A stretch of 35,866 nucleotides of DNA from Treponema sp. (GCA_031254175.1 JAIRUY010000139.1:1-35866), one strand, 5' to 3'; positions 8,802 through 19,144 are shown, counted from the stretch's first letter. The notes: generated by a model not told the origin, from the sequence alone. Numbers and translations: made by a program.

Positions 8802-11191
8802 TCAGGTAATACAAGAGCCAAAACTTCTTCAAAACGTTCTACCGGATGGAACTCAATCCCTTTTTTGACATGGACGGGGATTTCATCCAAATCGCGCTCA
8901 TTCTGTTTTGGATAAACAATGTGCTTTGCCTTGTTGCGGCGGGCGGCAACGGTCTTTTCCTTAAGACCGCCAACCGGAAGCACAAGACCTGTCAGAGAAA
9001 GTTCTCCTGTCATCACAAATTTTGGCGTAACGGTTTTTTCGCGCATAAGGGAAAGCAGGGCCGTTGCCATTGTAATACCTGCGGATGGGCCGTCCTTGGG
9101 TGTTGCGCCTTCTGGTATGTGCAGATGAATGTGGTTATTTTCAAACCACCCCTGCTCAACGCCGTAACATCCAACCGCCATTTTGTGCGCGACAGTCATG
9201 GCGATTGTTGCGCTTTCCTTCATTGTGTCGCCCATCTTGCCGGTGAGTGTCAAATCCCCCTTGCCTGGAATTGACGTTGCTTCTATAACTAGGGTATCGC
9301 CGCCCATACTGGTCCACGCAAGTCCAACTGACATTCCGGGTCTGTCCGCCTTCTTTACATCCCCTTCGGGGAAAATAGGTTTACCAAGATGTTTCTCAAT
9401 TTGTTTTTTATCAATGGAAAAATTTACCGGTTTGGCTTTTTTCCCTTTTGCCGGCGCCTTTGCGGGTTCTTCTTCAGTATCTAACATACCAACAATCTGC
9501 TTTGCAAGTTTGCGATGTATTTTGTCAAGGTTTTTTTCAAAATTACGCACGCCGGCTTCGCGGGCATAGGCGTTTGCGATGTGTAAAAGACTGTCCTTGG
9601 TATATTTAACCTGATTTTTTTTAAGACCGTTTTTTTCAAGGCTTTTGGGCAGAAGGTACTGTTTGGCAATTTCCAGCTTTTCTGTGTCAATGTAACCTGG
9701 AAGCTGGATGATCTCCATACGATCCATAAGCGGCACAGGAATTGTATCAAGAGTATTTGCCGTAACAATAAAAAATACATTGGAAATGTCAAACGGCAGA
9801 TCAAGGTAATGATCCCGGAAAGCATAGTTTTGTTCAGGATCAAGCACTTCCAGAAGAGCGCTTGCAGGATCGCCCTGATGACTTGTTCCCATCTTGTCGA
9901 TTTCGTCTATCATAAATACCGGGGCTTTTGTTTTAACGATTTTCAGCCCCTGAATAATTTTCCCCGGCAGCGCTCCGATGTAAGTCCGTCTGTGGCCTTT
10001 GATTTCCGCTTCGTCTCTCATGCCGCCGACAGAAAAACGGAAAAACTCTTTTCCAAGAGAGCGAGCTACTGATTTTCCAACCGATGTTTTTCCGACACCG
10101 GGCGGCCCGACAAGGCAGACAATCGAACCTTTTGTGTCCCCGCGCAATTTCCTGACCGCAAGATATTCAACAATCCGCGTTTTTACATCCTCCAGTCCGT
10201 AATGATCCGCTTCAAGGATTGCCTGCGCTTCCTTTAAACTGAAAGTTTCCGGCGCGGGATTACCCCACGGAAGGGCCGCAATTACGTCAAGATAGTTGCG
10301 CGTAACGGTAAACTCGGCGGAATTGGGTTCCATCAGGCTGAATTTTTCCAGTTCCTGCTCGACAACTTCCTTAATCTCGCCTTCAAACTTAAACGCTTCA
10401 AACTTTTCCTTAAAACGCTGGTAATCAGAACTCTTTGCATCGGTTGTCATGCCAAGCTCTGTTTTTATTGCCTTTAGTTCTTCTTTCAAGAAATAGTCAC
10501 GCTGCGATTTTTCAATTTTTTCGTTTATCTCCCGCTGAATTCTTTTCTGAATGCGCAAAAGTTCCTGTTCTTTTTTTATAAACACCAAAACCTGTTCCAT
10601 ACGCTTTCGGACATTCAATATTTCAAGTATCTTCTGCTGTTCAGCTTTGTCAATGTTAAGAATGCTCGCTATAAAATCCGCTATTTTTCCGGGATGATCA
10701 ATATTGATCATATTAAGCCGCATTTCTTCAGAAAACAGAGGATTGTTTTCGCTGATCTGTTTCATCTCGGAAATCAATGCCCGCGTAAGAGCCTTAACCT
10801 CACTTGTGCCGTCTTCTTCTTCCTCAAGATATTCGACTGCTGCAACAATTGGATTTGTTTCATTAAGTGTTTTCTTTACTCTGAAACGCTTGAGGGTAGA
10901 AATAAAAATGTTCACGCCGCCGTCCGGCAGATTGATTTTTTTAACAATTTTAGCCGCCGTCCCTACTTTGTATAAATCGGTGATGGAAGGATTTTCAATT
11001 TCATTCAGCAGCATCACAAGCCCTACAAGACCGTCACCGGCAACAGCATCATCAACAACTTTTACGTCAGTCGGATTGCCTATCATGATAGGCGTAAAAA
11101 TTCCGGGGAAAATCGGCCGTCCCATAAGAGCGACAAGGTGCAGTTTGTTCGGCAGAAGCTGATCTATTGGAATAATACTTTTGTCTGACAC
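8798..11191 (-). CDS. lon: ATP-dependent Lon protease
   Basis: GPPGVGKT, IDEIDK, HRRTYIGA, PKDGPSAG (catalytic Ser), GGLKEK; GTG start after AAGGAG. Confidence 0.97.
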   Translation of the reverse strand: MSDKSIIPIDQLLPNKLHLVALMGRPIFPGIFTPIMIGNPTDVKVVDDAVAGDGLVGLVMLLNEIENPSITDLYKVGTAAKIVKKINLPDGGVNIFISTLKRFRVKKTLNETNPIVAAVEYLEEEEDGTSEVKALTRALISEMKQISENNPLFSEEMRLNMINIDHPGKIADFIASILNIDKAEQQKILEILNVRKRMEQVLVFIKKEQELLRIQKRIQREINEKIEKSQRDYFLKEELKAIKTELGMTTDAKSSDYQRFKEKFEAFKFEGEIKEVVEQELEKFSLMEPNSAEFTVTRNYLDVIAALPWGNPAPETFSLKEAQAILEADHYGLEDVKTRIVEYLAVRKLRGDTKGSIVCLVGPPGVGKTSVGKSVARSLGKEFFRFSVGGMRDEAEIKGHRRTYIGALPGKIIQGLKIVKTKAPVFMIDEIDKMGTSHQGDPASALLEVLDPEQNYAFRDHYLDLPFDISNVFFIVTANTLDTIPVPLMDRMEIIQLPGYIDTEKLEIAKQYLLPKSLEKNGLKKNQVKYTKDSLLHIANAYAREAGVRNFEKNLDKIHRKLAKQIVGMLDTEEEPAKAPAKGKKAKPVNFSIDKKQIEKHLGKPIFPEGDVKKADRPGMSVGLAWTSMGGDTLVIEATSIPGKGDLTLTGKMGDTMKESATIAMTVAHKMAVGCYGVEQGWFENNHIHLHIPEGATPKDGPSAGITMATALLSLMREKTVTPKFVMTGELSLTGLVLPVGGLKEKTVAARRNKAKHIVYPKQNERDLDEIPVHVKKGIEFHPVERFEEVLALVLPD

Positions 11192-11213
11192 TGTTATACT
11201 CCTTGATTAAATA

Positions 11214-12026
11214 TTATCTGGAATACATTTCATTCAGAATATACTGTACAAATCTTTTCGGCAATATTCTGTTTAGCAGCATAAATAACTTGTACTTAAA
11301 TCCTATTGTATACAACGGCTTGGGGTTTTTACAACAGGCTGCCTTGTAAATTACTTCGGCGGTTTTAATCGGAGACATTCCGCTGCGTTCATCCTTTTCC
11401 ATTAATTCAATAGATCGTAAAATACGACTGCCGTAATCGGGATCGTCATTTATAAAAGCCTTCTCTCTTGAATCTGTAAATGAGGTCTTAGTATCTCCGG
11501 GCAGAATTGTTGTCACTTTGATATTAAAAGGCAAAAGTTCACCCCGCAGGCAATTCGAAAGCGCCTCCACTGCGGCTTTGCTTGCTGAATAAAAAGCCTG
11601 AAACGGCACATGCATTGAACCGGCAACAGAGCCGATGTTTATTATTTTTCCGCCGCCGCAGGAACGCATATACGGCGCTGTACATTTTACTGCTTCAAAC
11701 ACTGTAAAAAAATTGAGTTCAAAAAGACGCCTTGCGTCATCAGAAATGGTTTTTTCCACAGAGCCGGAAATGCCTGCTCCGGCATTGTTAACCAAAACAT
11801 CAATGCGTTTTTCTGTTTCAAAAATATCATCAATATTTTTTTTCAGCGCTTCTTTGTCTGCAACATCACAAACAAGCGATTTTACGCCCGGAATAACGCA
11901 GGCGCTTCTGGAAAGATTATAAACAACATAACCCTTATTTAAAAAAAGCTTGGCAGTTGCAAAGCCGATACCTTTTGAAGCGCCTGTAATAATTACCACT
12001 TTTTTTTCTGTCATAAGCCTATTCAC
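11214..12026 (-). CDS. short-chain dehydrogenase/reductase (classical SDR)
   Basis: TGASKGIG, NNAG, YSASK catalytic motif; 18-bp gap from the upstream fusion gene; the start may be ATG 12014. Confidence 0.9.
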   Translation of the reverse strand: MNRLMTEKKVVIITGASKGIGFATAKLFLNKGYVVYNLSRSACVIPGVKSLVCDVADKEALKKNIDDIFETEKRIDVLVNNAGAGISGSVEKTISDDARRLFELNFFTVFEAVKCTAPYMRSCGGGKIINIGSVAGSMHVPFQAFYSASKAAVEALSNCLRGELLPFNIKVTTILPGDTKTSFTDSREKAFINDDPDYGSRILRSIELMEKDERSGMSPIKTAEVIYKAACCKNPKPLYTIGFKYKLFMLLNRILPKRFVQYILNEMYSR

Positions 12027-12044
12027 ATAACAACCGGGATTTTG

Positions 12045-15000
12045 TTATTTTGGTAAAACTATATTCATTTTTTGGGCTAAATCTTCCAATATATCAAGGG
12101 CAGCCGTTATTTGTTCCTTTTTGTGGCAGCTTGTCAGACAAAAACGCAAACGCGCCTTGTTTGCGGGTACTGCAGGATATACTGCCGGAGGAACTGAAAT
12201 ACCTTTTTCAAAAAGCGCCGCTGAAAGATCAAACGCATCCGATTCCTTTCCTACAAGAATTGGAACAATCGCGCTTTCTCCGGCAAGACACAAATTAAAG
12301 CCTCTTTTTTTTGCTTCCGATGTAAAGCATACAATGTTTTCATGAAGCCGGCGCACAAGAGAATTGTCTCTTCTGACAATCCGTATTGCCGCAAGCGTTG
12401 CCGCGGCAAGCGCGGGACTTAAACCCACAGAAAAAACAAAACCGGGCAGCGTATATTTAAGATATTCTATCATGGATTTTTTTCCGGCAAGATATCCTCC
12501 GCATGTTCCAAGACCTTTTGAAAGCGTTCCCATTTTTATGTCAATGTCATCCGGATTCAGATTGAAGTATTCATCAACACCTCCGCCGTTTTTTCCGATA
12601 ACACAGCTTGAATGCGCTTCATCTACCATCAGAAAGAGGCCGAATTCTTTTTTTAATTTGACAAATTCAGGCACGGGAGCGATATCGCCGTCCATGCTGT
12701 ATGCGCCTTCAATTATAAGCAGAACTTTTTCAAATTTATTGCGCATTGATTCCAGCATTGCTCTTGCGGTTGTAAAATCGTTGTGGGGAAAAGCTCTGCT
12801 TGTCGCTTTGCTCAAACGCAGACCCTGAATTACTGAATTATGTGAAAGAATATCGTATAAAATCAAATCTTTTTCATTACAGAAATTTCCGACAAATGTA
12901 ACGTTTGTCGAATGACCGCCGACAAGCACTAAAGCCGCTTCTGTTTTTTTCCATTCTGCAAGTTCAGCTTCAAGCTGGCGGTGCAGTGTTTTTTCTCCTG
13001 CCAAAAGCCGGCTGCCGCTGGCAGAAGTCCCAAGTTTGTTAATCGCATCAATTGCTGCCGCAGAAACTTCACTGTGACCGCTTAATCCCAAATAATTATA
13101 TGAAGCAAAATTAAGAACATCTTTTCCGTCTACTGTTGAAACATCACGCAAAACGCTGTCATAACTTATAAAATACGGGTTTTTTGTTTTATCAACCGAT
13201 TCCAGACGGGCAGCCAACGAAGCGTACTCAGGCGTGTCTTCAAAACGGGTTATCGGCTTTACGTCATCTTTTTTGGTCACTATTTGTTTTTCAAACGCTG
13301 TTCCATTGAGTTTTTCATAAATAAGACGGCTTACATCGTCAGCTGTCACGCATTTGTAATATTCCGACTCATCAATCATTATGCCGAATTTGGATTCAGC
13401 CATTGCGAGCAGTCCAAGACTGTCCAGGCTGTCGCCGCCAAGGTCGTAAATAAAATGTTTGTCAACGGGAATTTGCGCTGGATCCAGATGCAAAACATCC
13501 GCAAAACATTGCACTACCTGTTCCCTTATTTTAAGGAATTGATCGTCAATGCCCGGTTCTTTGCGCATAACAGCAGCTTTTGCCGCTCCAATTATTGCCA
13601 TGCCGGAATATTCATTTAAATTGAGTTCTGACGAAGAAAAAGTTTTGTTTTCAAGCAGTTCTTTTAATTTTTGACGGCGTACTTTTATTCCGTTGGCAAG
13701 CGGCATTGGCTCGTTTGCAACATAAACCTTTCTGATTTTTTTCATTACCGGCAATTGAGTGTTTACATCATTTATGGATTTAATAATATCCTTGAATCCC
13801 TGTTCAGACCGTGCGGTATCCTGCACCTCAAGAACAATGCCGATATCATCACTGCCGCCGGCATTAAGGCCAAGAATACAATACCTGTCAACCATCGGTA
13901 AATTGTCAAACATATCTTCGAGTTCATCAGGATAAATATTCTCTCCGGCTTCATTCAGAATAACTTCCTTCAGGCGCCCTTCAATAACAAGAGAGCCTTT
14001 TTCAAAACGGCCGATGTCGCCGGTATGAAGCCAGCCTTCACTGTCAACGTCAGAAGAAACCATCTGGCCATTTTTCATTTTTCCTATATGCATTGAAGGA
14101 CTCTTAACAAGAAGTTCTCCTGTTCCTGCTTCTCTCCCGTCAGCATCAATAATTTTACTTTCAAACCCGTACATAAGCGGCCCTGTAGAACCGTCAATGC
14201 GGCGTTTAAATACCGACCCCGGTTCAAACGCAATAATTCCGCACTCTGTCATTCCGTACCCGATAGTCGCGCAGTGTCCCAGTCCGTTCATAAATTTTAA
14301 CGACTCAACAGGGACATGGGTTCCGCCTACACAAATCCAGGCAAATGTATCACCGAACAGTTTTTTTATTACAGATTTTGTTATATATCTTCTCGCAAAA
14401 ACATCTCCGTTTTTTGGAAAAACATTCTGTATTGAACTGGAGATATTCAAAAGCATTTTTAGCAATTTTTCCTTTTTGGGAGTTTCCTGCCGCACCTTGC
14501 GCCACACGCCGTTTTTCAGGTTATTAATAAGCAGAGGCACCGAGACCATGTGCGTTACGCCAATTTTCTGGCAGGCTGCCTGTATTGAAGCTGGAGACCT
14601 GTCTTTCAGATAAACGATGGTTTTACTAAGAAACGGATAAGCAATACACAAAGTAATAAACCCCAGAACATGGTGCATTGGCAGAAAAGCCAACGGTTTT
14701 ACCGGAGTAGGCGCTGAGGCAATGCGTTTGTCTTTGAGATAAACTTTATAAAATCCTTCAAGCTGGCTTGAAATGGCGCTGCCGTCAAAAACAAGCACTT
14801 TTGCGGTTGCTGTTGTCCCAGAAGTGCATAAAGCAAGCTGGTCAGCCCATTTGGGAGAATATTCATGTTTTTCTTTTTGCGATTTTAATTCGTCAAGTGA
14901 AATTTGCTGAACATTGTTTTTTAACGCAAGACCAGATTTGCCGACAATTGACTTTAACCCGGCACATTCGATAATGTAGTCAACCATTTCTTCTCTTTGA

Positions 15001-15323
15001 TTTACGTCAATGAGCACCGGTTTGAATCCCGCCATCAATAACGCCCAAAAACAAGTCTGCCATAAATGGCTGTTTTCCATTGCAAAGCCGACAAAGCAGC
15101 CGCGCTGGTTTTCTCCAAGCCTTTCTGTCAGAAATCCTGCCATGCTTCTTACTTTTTCATTCAATTCACCAAACGATATTGAAACTGTATTTCCGTTTTC
15201 ATCAAGCCATTGACCTGCGGGCGTATCCAGAGAATCGCCCATCATAATGTCATAGATATTTTGCATTGTTTTTGGGTTATCCAGCAAACGAACAAAGCGG
15301 TTTTTTACAGTATCATTTTTCAT
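12045..15323 (-). CDS. tri-domain fusion: acyl-adenylating (ANL) domain + acyl carrier protein + PLP-dependent alpha-oxoamine synthase (BioF/SPT/KBL family)
   Basis: ANL motifs TSGTT, GYGMTE, WLHTGDIG, GRLKE...GENIYP; ACP motif LGGDSL; AOS motifs SYNYLGL, SHNS, YSMDGD, DEAHS, GTLSKG (PLP Lys), LRF. Confidence 0.9.
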   Translation of the reverse strand: MKNDTVKNRFVRLLDNPKTMQNIYDIMMGDSLDTPAGQWLDENGNTVSISFGELNEKVRSMAGFLTERLGENQRGCFVGFAMENSHLWQTCFWALLMAGFKPVLIDVNQREEMVDYIIECAGLKSIVGKSGLALKNNVQQISLDELKSQKEKHEYSPKWADQLALCTSGTTATAKVLVFDGSAISSQLEGFYKVYLKDKRIASAPTPVKPLAFLPMHHVLGFITLCIAYPFLSKTIVYLKDRSPASIQAACQKIGVTHMVSVPLLINNLKNGVWRKVRQETPKKEKLLKMLLNISSSIQNVFPKNGDVFARRYITKSVIKKLFGDTFAWICVGGTHVPVESLKFMNGLGHCATIGYGMTECGIIAFEPGSVFKRRIDGSTGPLMYGFESKIIDADGREAGTGELLVKSPSMHIGKMKNGQMVSSDVDSEGWLHTGDIGRFEKGSLVIEGRLKEVILNEAGENIYPDELEDMFDNLPMVDRYCILGLNAGGSDDIGIVLEVQDTARSEQGFKDIIKSINDVNTQLPVMKKIRKVYVANEPMPLANGIKVRRQKLKELLENKTFSSSELNLNEYSGMAIIGAAKAAVMRKEPGIDDQFLKIREQVVQCFADVLHLDPAQIPVDKHFIYDLGGDSLDSLGLLAMAESKFGIMIDESEYYKCVTADDVSRLIYEKLNGTAFEKQIVTKKDDVKPITRFEDTPEYASLAARLESVDKTKNPYFISYDSVLRDVSTVDGKDVLNFASYNYLGLSGHSEVSAAAIDAINKLGTSASGSRLLAGEKTLHRQLEAELAEWKKTEAALVLVGGHSTNVTFVGNFCNEKDLILYDILSHNSVIQGLRLSKATSRAFPHNDFTTARAMLESMRNKFEKVLLIIEGAYSMDGDIAPVPEFVKLKKEFGLFLMVDEAHSSCVIGKNGGGVDEYFNLNPDDIDIKMGTLSKGLGTCGGYLAGKKSMIEYLKYTLPGFVFSVGLSPALAAATLAAIRIVRRDNSLVRRLHENIVCFTSEAKKRGFNLCLAGESAIVPILVGKESDAFDLSAALFEKGISVPPAVYPAVPANKARLRFCLTSCHKKEQITAALDILEDLAQKMNIVLPK

Positions 15324-15329
15324 ATAACA

Positions 15330-15338
15330 AGAATATCA
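15330..15338 (-). promoter_or_regulatory. extended -10 element for the fusion gene, leaderless geometry
   Basis: Minus strand TGaTATTCT, 6 nt before ATG 15323; no SD; lies downstream of the eno terminator. Confidence 0.45.
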
Positions 15339-15370
15339 AAAAAACGTGATGTATACTAGCGGACAACAGG

Positions 15371-15407
15371 AAAGAAACAGGGCTGCCCAATAACCGGACA
15401 GCCCTGT
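15371..15407 (-). terminator. intrinsic terminator of eno
   Basis: Minus strand ACAGGGCTGTCC-7 nt-GGGCAGCCCTGT followed by TTCTTT. Confidence 0.85.
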
Positions 15408-15428
15408 GTGAATACTTTTGTTTAATAA

Positions 15429-16742
<1,314 letters not shown>

Positions 16743-16887
16743 TTATAAGCCTGTTCTATAAGTATTACAATAGAATTATTTGGAAACTGCAAATCGAAGA
16801 TACATTGTTTCCGAACAACTCAATTGGTAATATTTGCGTCTTTAAATTTTACTTTTGTCAGGGGACAGGAACTTTTTGTATTCTATC

Positions 16888-17739
16888 CTACATTGCTTCA
16901 ACGTATACACAATCACGCAGCTCATTTGCATGACTGCGGATTTTCTTAAGGGCTCTCATTTCAATCTGACGTACAGTTTCAGGTGAAATATCAAGTTTGT
17001 CGCCTATCTCCCTTAGCGTGTGGTGTTCGCAGCCGTTTAACTGATAGCGGTAATTAAGTATCCTTTTTTCTTTATCTTTCAGCTTGTTTAAAATTCTCAT
17101 AGTGCCGTCTTTGGAATTTTTCTTCATCAGATTCCGCTCGGGGCAGTAGGTATAATCTTCATGAATATCCATCGCGCTGACAGATTCCTCATCACCGATA
17201 TTTTGTTCAAACGGAAGCGAATCGGCGGACATATTTATGATAAAATCGACATCTTGAACCGAAACTCCAAGTTCTTTGGCAATGTCGGAACTTTGCGGCT
17301 GATGCATTAAAGACTGGGCCAAAGAATGATACGCATACTGGATTTTGCGGAGGGCTTCTTCTTTCCGCTGAGGCAGCCGTACAATTCTGCGCTTTTTGGA
17401 AATATAGCGGCTGATAAACTGCCTTATCCACCAGCTTGCATACGTACAAAATCTTACGTTTTTACGGAAATCAAATTTAGTTGCGGCATGCATCAAACCC
17501 ATATTCCCTTCCTGAATAATGTCCAAAACCGGAATATCCGGCAAATTGTACAATCCGGCTATTTTCGCAACCAGCCGTAAATTGGAATTTACAAGTTTGT
17601 GAAGGGCTTCGTTGTTTCCTTCCTGAATTTGTTTTGATAATTCCAATTCTTCTTCAAATGACAAGAGGGGGAATACTTTTATTTGCCTGAAATAAGTTTC
17701 AAGCAAGCTGTCATTGGATTTTGATGATTTTTTATGCAT
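16888..17739 (-). CDS. alternative sigma-70 family factor lacking region 1.1 (RpoS-like)
   Basis: Region 1.2 (YFRQIKVFPLLSFEEE), region 2 (NLRLV, DIIQEGNMGL, RFCTYASWWIRQ), region 4 HTH (TLREIG...SPETVRQIE); 283 aa; GGGAGGT SD. Confidence 0.85.
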   Translation of the reverse strand: MHKKSSKSNDSLLETYFRQIKVFPLLSFEEELELSKQIQEGNNEALHKLVNSNLRLVAKIAGLYNLPDIPVLDIIQEGNMGLMHAATKFDFRKNVRFCTYASWWIRQFISRYISKKRRIVRLPQRKEEALRKIQYAYHSLAQSLMHQPQSSDIAKELGVSVQDVDFIINMSADSLPFEQNIGDEESVSAMDIHEDYTYCPERNLMKKNSKDGTMRILNKLKDKEKRILNYRYQLNGCEHHTLREIGDKLDISPETVRQIEMRALKKIRSHANELRDCVYVEAM

Positions 17740-17771
17740 TTGACCTCCCGAACTGACTCTACGTCTTACAT

Positions 17772-17788
17772 AGCAATATCCGTGCCAA
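17772..17788 (-). promoter_or_regulatory. sigma-54 (-24/-12) promoter of the RpoS-like gene
   Basis: Minus strand TTGGCAC-GGATA-TTGCT matches TGGCAC-N5-TTGCW, 32 nt upstream of the start codon. Confidence 0.85.
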
Positions 17789-17882
17789 GTTTCATTATTT
17801 CTTAATAATAATCGTAACTCTATACTAAATAAGGAATTACATCATTCAAATAGAAAGCCCATATAATATTAAAAGGCAAAAG

Positions 17883-17900
17883 TGTATAGTTTTTTATACA
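17883..17900. promoter_or_regulatory. palindromic operator TGTATA-N6-TATACA (candidate enhancer-binding-protein site)
   Basis: Perfect dyad resembling the TyrR-type box TGTAAA-N6-TTTACA, about 95-112 bp upstream of the -24 box. Confidence 0.45.
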
Positions 17901-17915
17901 GTTATTATATTTTTA

Positions 17916-17954
17916 TAATTAGTGTCTGTCTATAATGTGGACAGACACTAATTA
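17916..17954. repeat. 15-bp perfect inverted repeat with 9-nt spacer
   Basis: TAATTAGTGTCTGTC-TATAATGTG-GACAGACACTAATTA in the divergent intergenic region. Confidence 0.85.
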
Positions 17955-18015
17955 GATTTGAAAAAACTGCATACGTTTTATAGAATAACTTGCCATTTTA
18001 TGATATAAGTGAGAC

Positions 18016-18462
18016 ATGGATTATATGATCACTGAAAAAGAAAAAGACGGAGATATTTACTATTATGTTAAATGGTCTCCTCTTGTCACTGCCGACCGGT
18101 GGGAAATAAACGCAAAAGTCCCTTCGGTTGCCGGAATTTATGAAATATACTGGATGGACGAAAAAAAACGCCTGCGGATGTTTAAAGTAGGACGAACAGA
18201 TTACGGCGGGCTAAGAAGCGAGATTCGCCGTCTTACCGATCCCGAACTGTGTTTTAATGATGAAAAAGGCAAAAAAATACTGGAAGAAAAAGAAATATAT
18301 TTCCGTTATACCTGCAACGATTCCGCCAATGTAATGGCTGATATTCTATGGTTCCTCTTGTCAACATATTTTCCGGAAGATACTCATGAGCCGCATTCCG
18401 GGCGTCACAATGAAATTTATGTTAACCAATCCGCGCCTGACCAGCTAATTTGGGTACCTTAA
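18016..18462 (+). CDS. hypothetical protein, possible degenerate GIY-YIG fold
   Basis: 148-aa ORF; PSVAGIYEI...FKVGRT...LRSEI pattern; extended -10 TGaTATAAG 6 nt upstream. Confidence 0.7.
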   Translation: MDYMITEKEKDGDIYYYVKWSPLVTADRWEINAKVPSVAGIYEIYWMDEKKRLRMFKVGRTDYGGLRSEIRRLTDPELCFNDEKGKKILEEKEIYFRYTCNDSANVMADILWFLLSTYFPEDTHEPHSGRHNEIYVNQSAPDQLIWVP

Positions 18463-18469
18463 GATTTCC

Positions 18470-19144
18470 ATGATTGAATACATTGTCCCGTCCAACATTG
18501 ATGACAGAATACTTGCCCGCGCAGTGCGGATGCTGGAGAAAGGGGGTTTAATTGCGCTGCCCACAGATACAAGCTGGAGCATTGTATGTTCGATAAAGTC
18601 ATCAGACGCTATTAAAAAACTGAGGCATCTTTCAGGCGAAAGGGATGAGCGGCACTTTACTCTTTTGTGTTCAAGCATCTCCCAATTTGCGGAAGTGTGC
18701 AGTCTGGACAATACCCGTTTCCGTTTAATCAAGCGCCTCTCTCCGGGGCCTTATGTGTTTATCCTAAAAACTCTTTCGGGAACAGAAAAAGCCCTGGATA
18801 TCCGCCGCCGCGAAGTTGGAGTCCGCATCCCTGATCATCCCGTCCCTATCGGCCTGATTAACTCACTTGGAAATCCGCTTTATTCAATAACAGCAAAAAG
18901 AAATATGACGGGAATTGATAATGATGAAATATTCCATAATGAAGCGGAAGAAACATCTTCCGAACTGCCGCCTATCCCGGAAGAAGAACTCTTTGAAAGC
19001 GGATGGGAACTTGAAGAAATCAGCGGAGTTGATTTAATTTTGGACAGCGCAGAAGAACGCGAGCGAATTTTCTCTACAATTCTGGATTTGTACTCTGATG
19101 AAATAAAAATGCTTCGTCAGGGAGCGGGAGCATGGCCTGCCTAG
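18470..19144 (+). CDS. Sua5/YrdC/YciO family protein (TsaC-like, YciO-type)
   Basis: GGLIALPTDT, PGPYVFIL, VGVRIPDHP, STILDL...LRQGAG. Confidence 0.85.
   Translation: MIEYIVPSNIDDRILARAVRMLEKGGLIALPTDTSWSIVCSIKSSDAIKKLRHLSGERDERHFTLLCSSISQFAEVCSLDNTRFRLIKRLSPGPYVFILKTLSGTEKALDIRRREVGVRIPDHPVPIGLINSLGNPLYSITAKRNMTGIDNDEIFHNEAEETSSELPPIPEEELFESGWELEEISGVDLILDSAEERERIFSTILDLYSDEIKMLRQGAGAWPA

Noticed and set aside
9430-9480. Lys/Ala/Pro-rich insertion in Lon (EEEPAKAPAKGKKAKP)
   Set aside because: Falls in a commonly variable loop of the AAA+ small subdomain; nothing distinctive.
12045-13190. Calling the AOS domain plain bioF
   Set aside because: It is fused to a long-chain-type ligase and ACP, paired with an SDR, and no bioA/B/D genes are nearby; the substrate cannot be fixed from sequence.
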